64,000 nt of DNA from Eledone cirrhosa (Eukaryota). Location: NCBI GenBank assembly GCA_964016885.1, contig OZ024744.1, forward strand, positions 129,766,001 to 129,830,000, in the 5' to 3' direction. A program made the position numbers and the translations under genes. A model generated the notes under the pieces. The model was not told the origin of the DNA and made no database searches. It worked only from the letters and a program-made list of their open reading frames with translations. This document shows, piece by piece, positions 37,601-48,400 of the stretch. Position 1 is the first letter of the stretch. Each line of letters opens with the position of its first letter.

Positions 37601-39540
37601 TAAGTTGGGGTTAAAATAAGTTGGGGTTAAGTTAAGTTGGGGTTGAGTTAAGTTGGGGTTGAGTTAATTTGGGGTTAAGTTAAGTTGGGGTTAACTTAAG
37701 TTGGGTTTAATTTAAGTTGAGGTTAATTTAAGTTGGGGTTAAATTAAGTTGGGGTTAAGTTAAGTTGGGGGTAAGATAAGTTGCGGTTAGTTAAGTTGCG
37801 GTTAAGTTAAGTTGGGGTAAAGTTAAGTTGGGGTTAAGTTAAGTTGGGGTTAAGTTAAGTTCGGGTTAAGTTAAGTTCGGGTTAATTTAAGTTGGGGTTA
37901 AGTTAAGTTGGGGTTAATTTAAGTTGGGGTTAATTTAAGTTGGGGTCAAGTTAAGTTGGGGTTAAGTTAAGTTGGGGTAAAGTTAAGTTGGGGTTAAGTT
38001 AAGTTGGGGTTAAGTTAAGTTGGGGTTAAGTTGGGGTTAAGTTAAGTTAGGGTTAACTTAAGTTGGGGTTGTGTTAAGTGGTGGTTATGTTAAGTGGTGG
38101 TTATGTTAAGTTGGGGTTAAGTTAAGTTGTGGTTAAGTTAAATTGGGGTTAAGTTAAGTTGCGGTTAATTTAAGTTGGGGTTAAGTTAAGTTGGGGTTAA
38201 GTTAATTAGGGTTAAGTTAAGTTGGGGTTAAGTTAAGTTGGGGTTAAGTTAAGTTGGGGTTAAGTTAAGTCGGGGTTAAGTTGGGGTTAAGTTAAGTTAG
38301 GGTTAACTTAAGTTGGGGTTGTGTTAAGTGGTGGTTATGTTAAGTGGTGGTTATGTTAAGTTGGGGTTAAGTTAAGTTGTGGTTAAGTTAAATTGGGGTT
38401 AAGTTAAGTTGCGGTTAATTTAAGTTGGGGTTAAGTTAAGTTGGGGTTAAGTTAATTAGGGTTAAGTTAAGTTGGGGTTAAGTTAAGTTGGGGTTAAGTT
38501 AAGTTGGGGTTAAGTTAAGTCGGGGTTAATTTAAGTTGGGGTTAAGTTAAGTTGAGGTTAAAGTTAAGTAGGGGTTAAATTATGTTGGGGTTAAGTTAAG
38601 TTGGGGATAAGTTAAGTTGGGGATAAGTTAAGTTGGGGTTAATTAAGTTGGGTTTAAGTTAACTTGGGGTTAAGTTAAGTTGGGGTTAAGTTAAGTTGGG
38701 GTTAAGTTAAGTTGGTTAGTTAAGTTGAGTTTAAGTTAAGTTGGGCTTAATTTAAGTTGGGGTTAAGTTAAGTTGGGGTTAAGTTAAGTTGGGGTTAAGT
38801 TAAGTTGGGGTTAAGTTAAGTTGGGGTTCAGTTAAGTTGGGGTTAATTTAAGTTGGGGTTAAGTTGGGGTAAAGTTAAGTTGGGGTTAAGTTAAGTTGGG
38901 GTTAAGTTAAGTTGGGGTTAAGTTAAGTTGGGGTTAAGTTAAGTTGCGGTTAAGTTAAGTTGAGGTTAAGTTAAGTTGGGGTTAAGTTAAGTTGGGGTTA
39001 AGTTAAGTTGGGGCTAAGTTAAGTTGGGGCTAAGTTAAGTTGGGGCTAAGTTAAGTTGGGGTTAAGTTAACTTTGGGTTAAGTTAAGTTGGGTTTGAGTT
39101 AAGTTGGGGTTAATTAAGTTGGGGTTAAGTTAAGTTGGGGTTAAGTTAAGTTGGGGTTAAGTTAAGTTGGGGTTAAGTTAAGTTGCGGTTAAGTTAAGTT
39201 GATGTTAAGTTAAGTTGGGGTTAAGTTAAGTTGGGGTTAAGTTAAGTTGGGGCTAAGTTAAGTTGGGGCTAAGTTAAGTTGGGGCTAAGTTAAGTTGGTG
39301 GTAAGTTAAGTTGGGGGTAAGTTAAGATGGGGTTAAGTTAAGTTGGGGTTAATTTAAGTTGGGGTTAAGTTAAGTTGGGGTTAAGTTAAGTTGGGGTTAA
39401 GTTAAGTTGGGGTTAAGTTAAGTTGGGGTTAAATTAACTTGGGGTTAAATTAAGTTGGGGTTAAGTTAAGTTGGGGTTATGTTAAGTTGGTGTTAAGTTA
39501 AGTTGGGGTTAAGTTAAGTTGGGGTTAAGTTAAGTTGGGG
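26976..39540 (+). repeat. Long-range copy (~27 kb offset) of the block starting at window position 1
   Basis: Rare markers recur in the same order: TAGGGG 28/27003 and CAGTCAAG 304/27279 (offset 26975); TTCGGGG 952/27943 and TTATAATT 3302/30293 (26991); AGGGTCGAG 4846/31821 (26975); AATCGAGG 5299/32919. This copy carries only one copy of the 6.8 kb unit and then continues to match ~17830-18780. Confidence 0.9.
33145..36530 (+). repeat. 1727-bp tandem duplication nested in the 6.8 kb unit (third copy)
   Basis: TTAGGCTTAAC at 33212 and 34939 (offset 1727). Confidence 0.88.
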
Positions 39541-42464
39541 TTAAGTTAGGTTGGTGTTAAGTTAAGTTGGGGTTAAGTTAAGTTGGGGTTAAGTTATGTT
39601 GGGTTTAAGTTAAGTTGGGGCTAAGTAAAGTTAGGGCTAAGTTAAGTTGTGGTTAAGTAAAGTTAGGGCTAAGTTAATTTGGGGTTAAGTTAAGTTGGGG
39701 TTAATTTAAGTTGGGGTTACATTAAGTTGAGGTTAAGTTAAGTTGGGGTTAAGTTAAGTTAGGGTTAATTTAAGTTGGGGTTATGTTAAGTTGGGGTTAA
39801 GTTAAGTTGGGGTTAAGTTAAGTTGGGGCTGAGTTAAGTTGGGGTTACGTTAAGTTGGGGTTAAGGTAAGTTGGGGTTAAGTTAAGTTGGGGTTAAGTTA
39901 AGTTGGGTTTAAGTTAAGTTGGGGTTAAGTTAAGTTGGGGTTAAATTAAGTTGGGGTTAATCTAAGTTGGGGTTAAGTTAAATTGAGGTTAAGTTAAGTT
40001 GGGGTTAATTTAAGTTGGGGTTAAGCTAAGTTGGGGTTAAGTTAAATTGAGGTTAAGTTAAGTTGGGGTTAAGTTAAGTTGGGGTTAATTTAAGTTGGGG
40101 CTAAGTAAAGTTGGGGCTAAGTTAAGTGGGGGTTGAGTTAAGTTAAGGTTGAGTTAAGTTGGGGTTAAGTTAACTTTGGGTTAAGTTAAGTTGGGTTTGA
40201 GTTAAGTTGGGGTTAATTAAGTTGGGGTTAAGTTAAGTTGGGGTTAAGTTAAGTTGGGGTTAAGTTAAGTTGGGGTTAAGTTAAGTTGCGGTTAAGTTAA
40301 GTTGAGGTTAAGTTAAGTTGGGGTTAAGTTAAGTTGGGGTTAAGTTAAGTTGGGGCTAAGTTAAGTTGGGGCTAAGTTAAGTTGGGACTTAGTTAAGTTG
40401 GGGTTAAGTTAAGTTGGGGTTAAGTTAAGGTGGGGTTTAGTTAAGTTGGGGTCAACTAAAGTTGGGGTTAAGTTAAGTTGGGGTTCACTTAAGTTGGGGT
40501 TAATCTAAGTTGGGGTTAAGTTAAGTTGGGGTTTATTTAAGTTGGGGTTCAGTTAATTTGGGGTTAAGTTAAGTTTGGGTTAAGTTGGGGTTAAATTAAG
40601 TTGGGGTTAAGTTAAGTTGGGGTTAAGTTAAGTGGGGGTTAATTTAAGTTGGGGTTAAGTTAAGTTGCGGGTAATTTAAGTTGGGGTTAAGTTAAGTTGC
40701 GGTTAAGTTAAGTTGAGGTTAAGTTAAGTTGGGGTTAAGTTAAGTTGGGGCTAAGTTAAGTTGGAGCTAAGTTAAGTTGGGGCTAAGTTAAGTTGGGGTT
40801 AAGTTAAGTTGGGGTTAAGTTAAGGTGGGGTTAAGTTAAGTTGGGGTCAACTTAAGTTGGGGTTAATTTATGTTGGGGTTAACTTAAGTTGGGGTTAAGT
40901 TAAGTTGGGGTTAAGTTAAGTTGGGGTTAAGTTAAGTTGGGGTTACGTTAAGTTGGGGGTAAGTTAAGTTGGTGGTAAGTTAATATGGGGGTAAGTTAAG
41001 ATGGGGTTAAGTTAAGTTGGGGTTAATTTAATTTGGGGTTAAGTTAAGTTAGGGTTAAGTTAAGTTGGGGTTGAGTTAAGTTGGGGTTAAGTTAAGTTGG
41101 GGTTATGTTAAGTTGGGGTTAAGTTAAGTTGGGGTTAAGTTAAGTTGGGGTTCAATTAAGTTGCGGTTAATTTAAGTTGGGGTTTAGTTAAGTTGGGGTT
41201 AAGTTAAGTTGGGGTTAAATTAAGTTGGGGATAAATTAAGTTGGGGTTAAGTTAAGTTGGGGTTATGTTAAGTTGGTGTTAAGTTAAGTTGGGGTTAAGT
41301 TAAGTTGGGGTTAAGTTAGGTTGGTGTTAATTTAAGTTGGGGGTAAGTTAAGTTGGGGGTAAGTTAAGTTGGTGTTAAGTTAAGTTGGGGTTAAGTTAAG
41401 TTGGGGTTAAGTAAAGTTGGGGTTAAGTTAGGGTCGAGTTAAGTTGGGGTTAAGTTAAGTGGGGGTTATATTAAGTTGGGGTCAAGTTAAGTTGGGGTTA
41501 AGTTAAGTTGGGGTTCATTTAAGTTGCGGTTAAGTTAAGTTGGTGTTAAGTTAAGTTGGGGTTAAGTTAAGTTGGGGTTAAATTAAGTTGGGGTTAAGTT
41601 AAGTTGGGGTTAAGTTAAGTTGGGGTTAAGTTAAGTTGCGGTTAAGTTAAGTTGGGGTTAAGTTAAGTTGGGGTTAAATTAAGTTGGGGTTAAGTTAAGT
41701 TGGGGTTAAGTTAAGTTGGGATAAAGTTAAGTTGGTGTTAAGTTAAGTTGAGGTTAAGTTTACTTGGGGTTAAGTTAAGTTGCGGTTAAGTTAAGTTGGG
41801 GTTGAGTTAAGTTGGTGTTGAGTTAAGTTGGGGTTAATTTAAGTTGGGGTTAATTTAAGTTGGGGTTAAGCTAAGTTGGGGTTAAGTTAAATCGAGGTTA
41901 AGTTAAGTTGGGCTTAAGTTAAGTTGGGGTTAATTTAAGTTGGGGTTAAGTTAAGTTGGGTTTAAGTTAAGTTGGGGTTAAGTTAAGTTGGGGTTAATTT
42001 AAGTTGGGGTTAAGTTAAGTTGGGATTAATTTAAGTTGGGGTTAAGTTAAGTTGGGGTTAAGTTAAGTTGGGGTTAAATTAAGTTGGGGTTAAGTTAAGT
42101 TGGGGTTAAGTTAAGTTGGGCGTTAAGTTAATTTGGGGTTAAGTTAAGTTAGGGTTAAGTTAAGTTGGGGTTGAGTTAAGTTGGGGGTAAGTTAAGTTGG
42201 GGTTAAGTAAAGTTGGGGTTAAGTTAAGTTGGGGTTAAGTTAAGTTAGGCTTAAGTTAAGTTGGGGTTAAGTTAAGTTGGGGGTGAGTTAAGTTGGGGGT
42301 AAGTTAAGTTGGGGTTAAGTTAAGTTGGGGTTAAGTTGGGGTTAAGTTTGTGTTAAGTTAATTTGGGGTTGAGTTAAGTTGGGGTTAAGTTAAGTGGTGG
42401 TTGTTAAGTTGGGGTTAAGTTAAGTTGGGGTTAATTTAAATTGGGGTTAATTTAACTTTGTTGT

Positions 42465-45400
42465 TAAGTTAAGTTGGGGTTAATTTAAGTTGGGGTTAAG
42501 TTAAGTTGGGGTTGAGTTAAGTTGGGGTTGAGTGAAGTTGGGGTTAAGTTAAGTTGGGGTTAAATTAAGTTGGGGTTAAGTTAAGTTGGGGTTAATTTAA
42601 GTTGGGGTTAAGTTAAGTTGGGGTTAAATTCAGTCGGGGTTAAGTTAAGTCGGGGTTAAGTTACGTTTGGGTTAAGTTAAGTTGGGGTTAAGTTAAGTTG
42701 GGGTTGAGTTAAGTTGGGGTTAAGTTAAGTTGGGGTTAAAATAAGTTGGGGTTAAGTTAAGTTGGGGTTGAGTTAAGTTGGGGTTGAGTTAATTTGGGGT
42801 TAAGTTACGTTGGGGTTAACTTAAGTTGGGTTTAATTTAAGTTGGGGTTAAGTTAAGTTGGGGTTAAATTAAGTTGGGTTTAAGTTAAGTTGGGGGTAAG
42901 ATAAGTTGGGGTTAGTTAAGTTGCGGTTAAGTTAAGTTGGGGTTAAGTTAAGTTGGGGTTAAGTTAAGTTGGGGTTAAGTTAAGTTGGGGTTAATTTAAG
43001 TTGGGGTTAAGTTAAGTTGGGGTTAATTTAAGTTGGGGTTAATTTAAGTTGGGGTTAAGTTAAGTTGGGGTTAAGTTAAGTTGGGGTAAAGTTAAGTTGG
43101 GGGTAAGTTAAGTTGGGGTTAAGTTAAGTTGGGGTTAAGTTGGGGTTAAGTTAAGTTAGGGTTAACTTAAGTTGGGGTTGTGTTAAGTGGTGGTTATGTT
43201 AAGTGGTGGTTATGTTAAGTTGGGGTTAAGTTAAATTGGGGTTAAGTTAAGTTGCGGTTAAGTTAAGTTGGGGTTAAGTTAAGTTGGGGTTAAGTTAATT
43301 AGGGTTAAGTTAAGTTGGGGTTAAGTTAAGTTGGGGTTAAGTTAATTTGTTGTTAAGTTAAGTTGGGGTTAAGTTAAGTTGGGGTTAAGTTAAGTTGGGG
43401 ATAAGTTAAGTTGGGGATAAGTTAAGTTGGGGTTAATTAAGTTGGGTTTAAGTTAAGTTGGGGTTAAGTTAAGTTGGGGTTAAGTTAAGTTGGGGTTAAG
43501 TTAAGTTGGTTAGTTAAGTTGAGTTTAAGTTAAGTTGGGCTTAATTTAAGTTGGGATTAAGTTAAGTTGGGGTTAAGTTAAGTTGGGGTTAAGTTAAGTT
43601 GGGGTTAAGTTAAGTTGGGGTTCAGTTAAGTTGGGGTTAAGTTAAGTTGGGGTTAAGTTGGGGTAAAATTAAGTTGGGGTTAAGTTAAGTTGGGGTTAAG
43701 TTAAGTTGGGGTTAAGTTAAGTTGCGGTTAAGTTAAGTTGAGGTTAAGTTAAGTTGGGGTTAAGTTAAGTTGGGGCTAAGTTAAGTTGGAGCTAAGTTAA
43801 GTTGGGGCTAAGTTAAGTTGGGGTTAAGTTAAGTTGGGGTTAAGTTAAGGTGGGGTTAAGTTAAGTTGGGGTCAACTTAAGTTGGGGTTAAGTTAAGTTG
43901 GGGTTAAGTTAAGTTGGGGTTAAGTTAAGTTGGGGTTAAGTTAAGTTGGGGTTAAGTTAAGTTGGGGGTCAGTTAAGTTGGTGGTAAGTTAAGTTGGGGG
44001 TAAGTTAAGATGGGGTAAAGTTAAGTTGGGGTTAATTTAATTTGGGGTTAAGTTAAGTTAGGGTTAAGTTAAGTTGGGGTTGAGTTAAGTTGGGGTTAAG
44101 TTAAGTTGGGGTTATGTTAAGTGGGGGTTAAGTTAAGTTGGGGTTAAGTTAAGTTGGGGTTCAATTAAGTTGCGGATAATTTAAGTTGGGGTTAAGTTAA
44201 GTTGGGGTTAAGTTAAGTTGGGGTTAAGTTAAGTTGGGGTTAAATTAAGTTGGGGTTAAATTAAGTTGGGGTTAAGTTAAGTTGGGGTTATGTTAAGTTG
44301 GTGTTAAGTTAAGTTGGGGTTAAGTTAAGTTGGGGTTAAGTTAGGTTGGTGTTAATTTAAGTTGGGGGTAAGTTAAGTTGGGGGTAAGTTAAGTTGGTGT
44401 TAAGTTAAGTTGGGGTTAAGTTAAGTTGGGGTTAAGTTAAGTTGGGTTTAAGTTAAGTTGGGGCTAAGTTAAGTTAGGGCTAAGTTAAGTTGGGGTTAAG
44501 TAAAGTTAGGGCTGAGTTAAGTTGGGGTTAAGTTAAGTTGGGGTTAATTTAAGTTGGGGTTACATTAAGTTGAGGTTAAGTTGTGGTTAAGTTAAGTTAG
44601 GGTTAATTTAAGTTAGGGTTATGTTAAGTTGGGGTTAAGTTAAGTTGGGGTTAAGTTAGGTTGGTGTTAAGTTAAGTTGGGGTTAAGTTAATTTGTGGTT
44701 AAGTTAAGTTGGGGTTAAGTTAAGTTGGGGTTAAGTTCAGTCGGGGTTAAGTTAAGTCGGGGTTAAGTTAAGTTGTGGTTAAGTTAAGTTGGGGTTAAGT
44801 TAAGTTGGGGTTAAAATAAGTTGGGGTTAAGTTAAGTTGGGGTTGAGTTAAGTTGGGGTTGAGTTAATTTGGGGTTAAGTTAAGTTGGGGTTAACTTAAG
44901 TTGGGTTTAATTTAAATTGGGGTTAATTTAAGTTGGGGTTAAATTAAGTTGGGGTTAAGTTAAGTTGGGGGTAAGATAAGTTGGGGTTAGTTAAGTTGCG
45001 GTTAAGTTAAGTTGGGGTAAAGTTAAGTTGGGGTTAAGTTAAGTTGGGGTTAAGTTAAGTTGGGGTTAAGTTAAGTTCGGGTTAATTTAAGTTGGGGTTA
45101 AGTTAAGTTGGGGTTAATTTAAGTTGGGGTTAATTTAAGTTGGGGTCAAGTTAAGTTGGGGTTAAGTTAAGTTGGGGTAAAGTTAAGTTGGGGTTAAGTT
45201 AAGTTGGGGTTAAGTTAAGTTGGGGTTAAGTTGGGGTTAAGTTAAGTTAGGGTTAACTTAAGTTTGGGTTGTGTTAAGTGGTGGTTATGTTAAGTGGTGG
45301 TTATGTTAAGTTGGGGTTAAGTTAAGTTGGGGTTAAGTTAAATTGGGGTTAAGTTAAGTTGCGGCTAATTTAAGTTGGGGTTAAGTTAAGTTGGGGTTAA

Positions 45401-48400
45401 GTTAATTAGGGTTAAGTTAAGTTGGGGTTAAGTTAAGTTGGGGTTAAGTTAAGTTGGGGTTAAGTTAAGTCGGGGTTAAGTTAAGTTAGGGTTAAGTTAA
45501 GTTGGGGTTAATTTAAGTTGGGGTTAAGTTAAGTTGAGGTTAAATTTAAGTAGGGGTTAAATTATGTTGGGGTTAAGTTAAGTTGGGGATAAGTTAAGTT
45601 GGGGATAAGTTAAGTTGGGGTTAATTAAGTTGGGTTTAAGTTAAGTTGGGGTTAAGTTAAGTTGGGTTAAGTTAAGTTGGGGTTAAGTTAAGTTGGTTAG
45701 TTAAGTTGAGTTTAAGTTAAGTTGGGCTTAATTTAAGTTGGGGTTAAGTTAATTTGGGGTTAAGTTAAGTTGGGGTTAAGTTAAGTTGGGGTTAAGTTAA
45801 GTTGGGGTTCAGTTAAGTTGGGGTTAATTTAAGTTGGGGTTAAGTTGGGGTAAAGTTAAGTTGGGGTTAAGTTAAGTTGGGGTTAAGTTAAGTTGGGGTT
45901 AAGTTAAGTTGCGGTTAAGTTAAGTTGAGGTTAAGTTAAGTTGGGGTTAAGTTAAGTTGGGGTTAAGTTAAGTTGGGGCTAAGTTAAGTTGGGGCTAAGT
46001 TAAGTTGGGGCTAAGTTAAGTTGGGGTTAAGTTAACTTTGGGTTAAGTTAAGTTGGGTTTGAGTTAAGTTGGGGTTAATTAAGTTGGGGTTAAGTTAAGT
46101 TGGGGTTAAGTTAAGTTGGGGTTAAGTTAAGTTGGGGTTAAATTAAGTTGCGGTTAAGTTAAGTTGATGTTAAGTTAAGTTGGGGTTAAGTTAAGTTGGG
46201 GTTAAGTTAAGTTGGGGCTAAGTTAAGTTGGGGCTAAGTTAAGTTGGGGCTAAGTTAAGTTGGGGTTAAGTTAAGGTGGGGTTCAGTTAAGTTGGGGTTA
46301 AGTTAAGTTGGGGTTAAGTTAAGTTGGGGTTAATTTAAGTTGGGGTTAAGTTAAGTTGGGGTTGAGTTAAGTTGGGGTTGAGTGAAGTTGGGGTTAAGTT
46401 AAGTTGGGGTTAAATTAAGTTGGGGTTAAGTTAAGTTGGGGTTAATTTAAGTTGGGGTTAAGTTAAGTTGGGGTTAAATTCAGTCGGGGTTAAGTTAAGT
46501 CGGGGTTAAGTTACGTTTGGGTTAAGTTAAGTTGGGGTTAAGTTAAGTTGGGGTTGAGTTAAGTTGGGGTTAAGTTAAGTTGGGGTTAAAATAAGTTGGG
46601 GTTAAGTTAAGTTGGGGTTGAGTTAAGTTGGGGTTGAGTTAATTTGGGGTTAAGTTACGTTGGGGTTAACTTAAGTTGGGTTTAATTTAAGTTGGGGTTA
46701 AGTTAAGTTGGGGTTAAATTAAGTTGGGTTTAAGTTAAGTTGGGGGTAAGATAAGTTGGGGTTAGTTAAGTTGGGGTTAATTTAAGTTGGGGTTAAGTTA
46801 AGTTGGGGTTAAGTTAAGTTGGGGTAAAGTTAAGTTGGGGGTAAGTTAAGTTGGGGTTAAGTTAAGTTGGGGTTAAGTTGGGGTTAAGTTAAGTTAGGGT
46901 TAACTTAAGTTGGGGTTGTGTTAAGTGGTGGTTATGTTAAGTGGTGGTTATGTTAAGTTGGGGTTAAGTTAAATTGGGGTTAAGTTAAGTTGCGGTTAAG
47001 TTAAGTTGGGGTTAAGTTAAGTTGGGGTTAAGTTAATTAGGGTTAAGTTAAGTTGGGGTTAAGTTAAGTTGGGGTTAAGTTAATTTGTTGTTAAGTTAAG
47101 TTGGGGTTAAGTTAAGTTGGGGTTAAGTTAAGTTGGGGATAAGTTAAGTTGGGGATAAGTTAAGTTGGGGTTAATTAAGTTGGGTTTAAGTTAAGTTGGG
47201 GTTAAGTTAAGTTGGGGTTAAGTTAAGTTGGGGTTAAGTTAAGTTGGTTAGTTAAGTTGAGTTTAAGTTAAGTTGGGCTTAATTTAAGTTGGGATTAAGT
47301 TAAGTTGGGGTTAAGTTAAGTTGGGGTTAAGTTAAGTTGGGGTTAAGTTAAGTTGGGGTTCAGTTAAGTTGGGGTTAAGTTAAGTTGGGGTTAAGTTGGG
47401 GTAAAATTAAGTTGGGGTTAAGTTAAGTTGGGGTTAAGTTAAGTTGGGGTTAAGTTAAGTTGCGGTTAAGTTAAGTTGAGGTTAAGTTAAGTTGGGGTTA
47501 AGTTAAGTTGGGGCTAAGTTAAGTTGGAGCTAAGTTAAGTTGGGGCTAAGTTAAGTTGGGGTTAAGTTAAGTTGGGGTTAAGTTAAGGTGGGGTTAAGTT
47601 AAGTTGGGGTCAACTTAAGTTGGGGTTAAGTTAAGTTGGGGTTAAGTTAAGTTGGGGTTAAGTTAAGTTGGGGTTAAGTTAAGTTGGGGTTAAGTTAAGT
47701 TGGGGGTCAGTTAAGTTGGTGGTAAGTTAAGTTGGGGGTAAGTTAAGATGGGGTAAAGTTAAGTTGGGGTTAATTTAATTTGGGGTTAAGTTAAGTTAGG
47801 GTTAAGTTAAGTTGGGGTTGAGTTAAGTTGGGGTTAAGTTAAGTTGGGGTTATGTTAAGTGGGGGTTAAGTTAAGTTGGGGTTAAGTTAAGTTGGGGTTC
47901 AATTAAGTTGCGGATAATTTAAGTTGGGGTTAAGTTAAGTTGGGGTTAAGTTAAGTTGGGGTTAAGTTAAGTTGGGGTTAAAATAAGTTGGGGTTAAGTT
48001 AAGTTGGGGTTGAGTTAAGTTGGGGTTGAGTTAATTTGGGGTTAAGTTACGTTGGGGTTAACTTAAGTTGGGTTTAATTTAAGTTGGGGTTAAGTTAAGT
48101 TGGGGTTAAATTAAGTTGGGTTTAAGTTAAGTTGGGGGTAAGATAAGTTGGGGTTAGTTAAGTTGCGGTTAAGTTAAGTTGGGGTTAAGTTAAGTTGGGG
48201 TTAAGTTAAGTTGGGGTTAAGTTAAGTTGGGGTTAATTTAAGTTGGGGTTAAGTTAAGTTGGGGTTAATTTAAGTTGGGGTTAATTTAAGTTGGGGTTAA
48301 GTTAAGTTGGGGTTAAGTTAAGTTGGGGTAAAGTTAAGTTGGGGGTAAGTTAAGTTGGGGTTAAGTTAAGTTGGGGTTAAGTTGGGGTTAAGTTAAGTTA

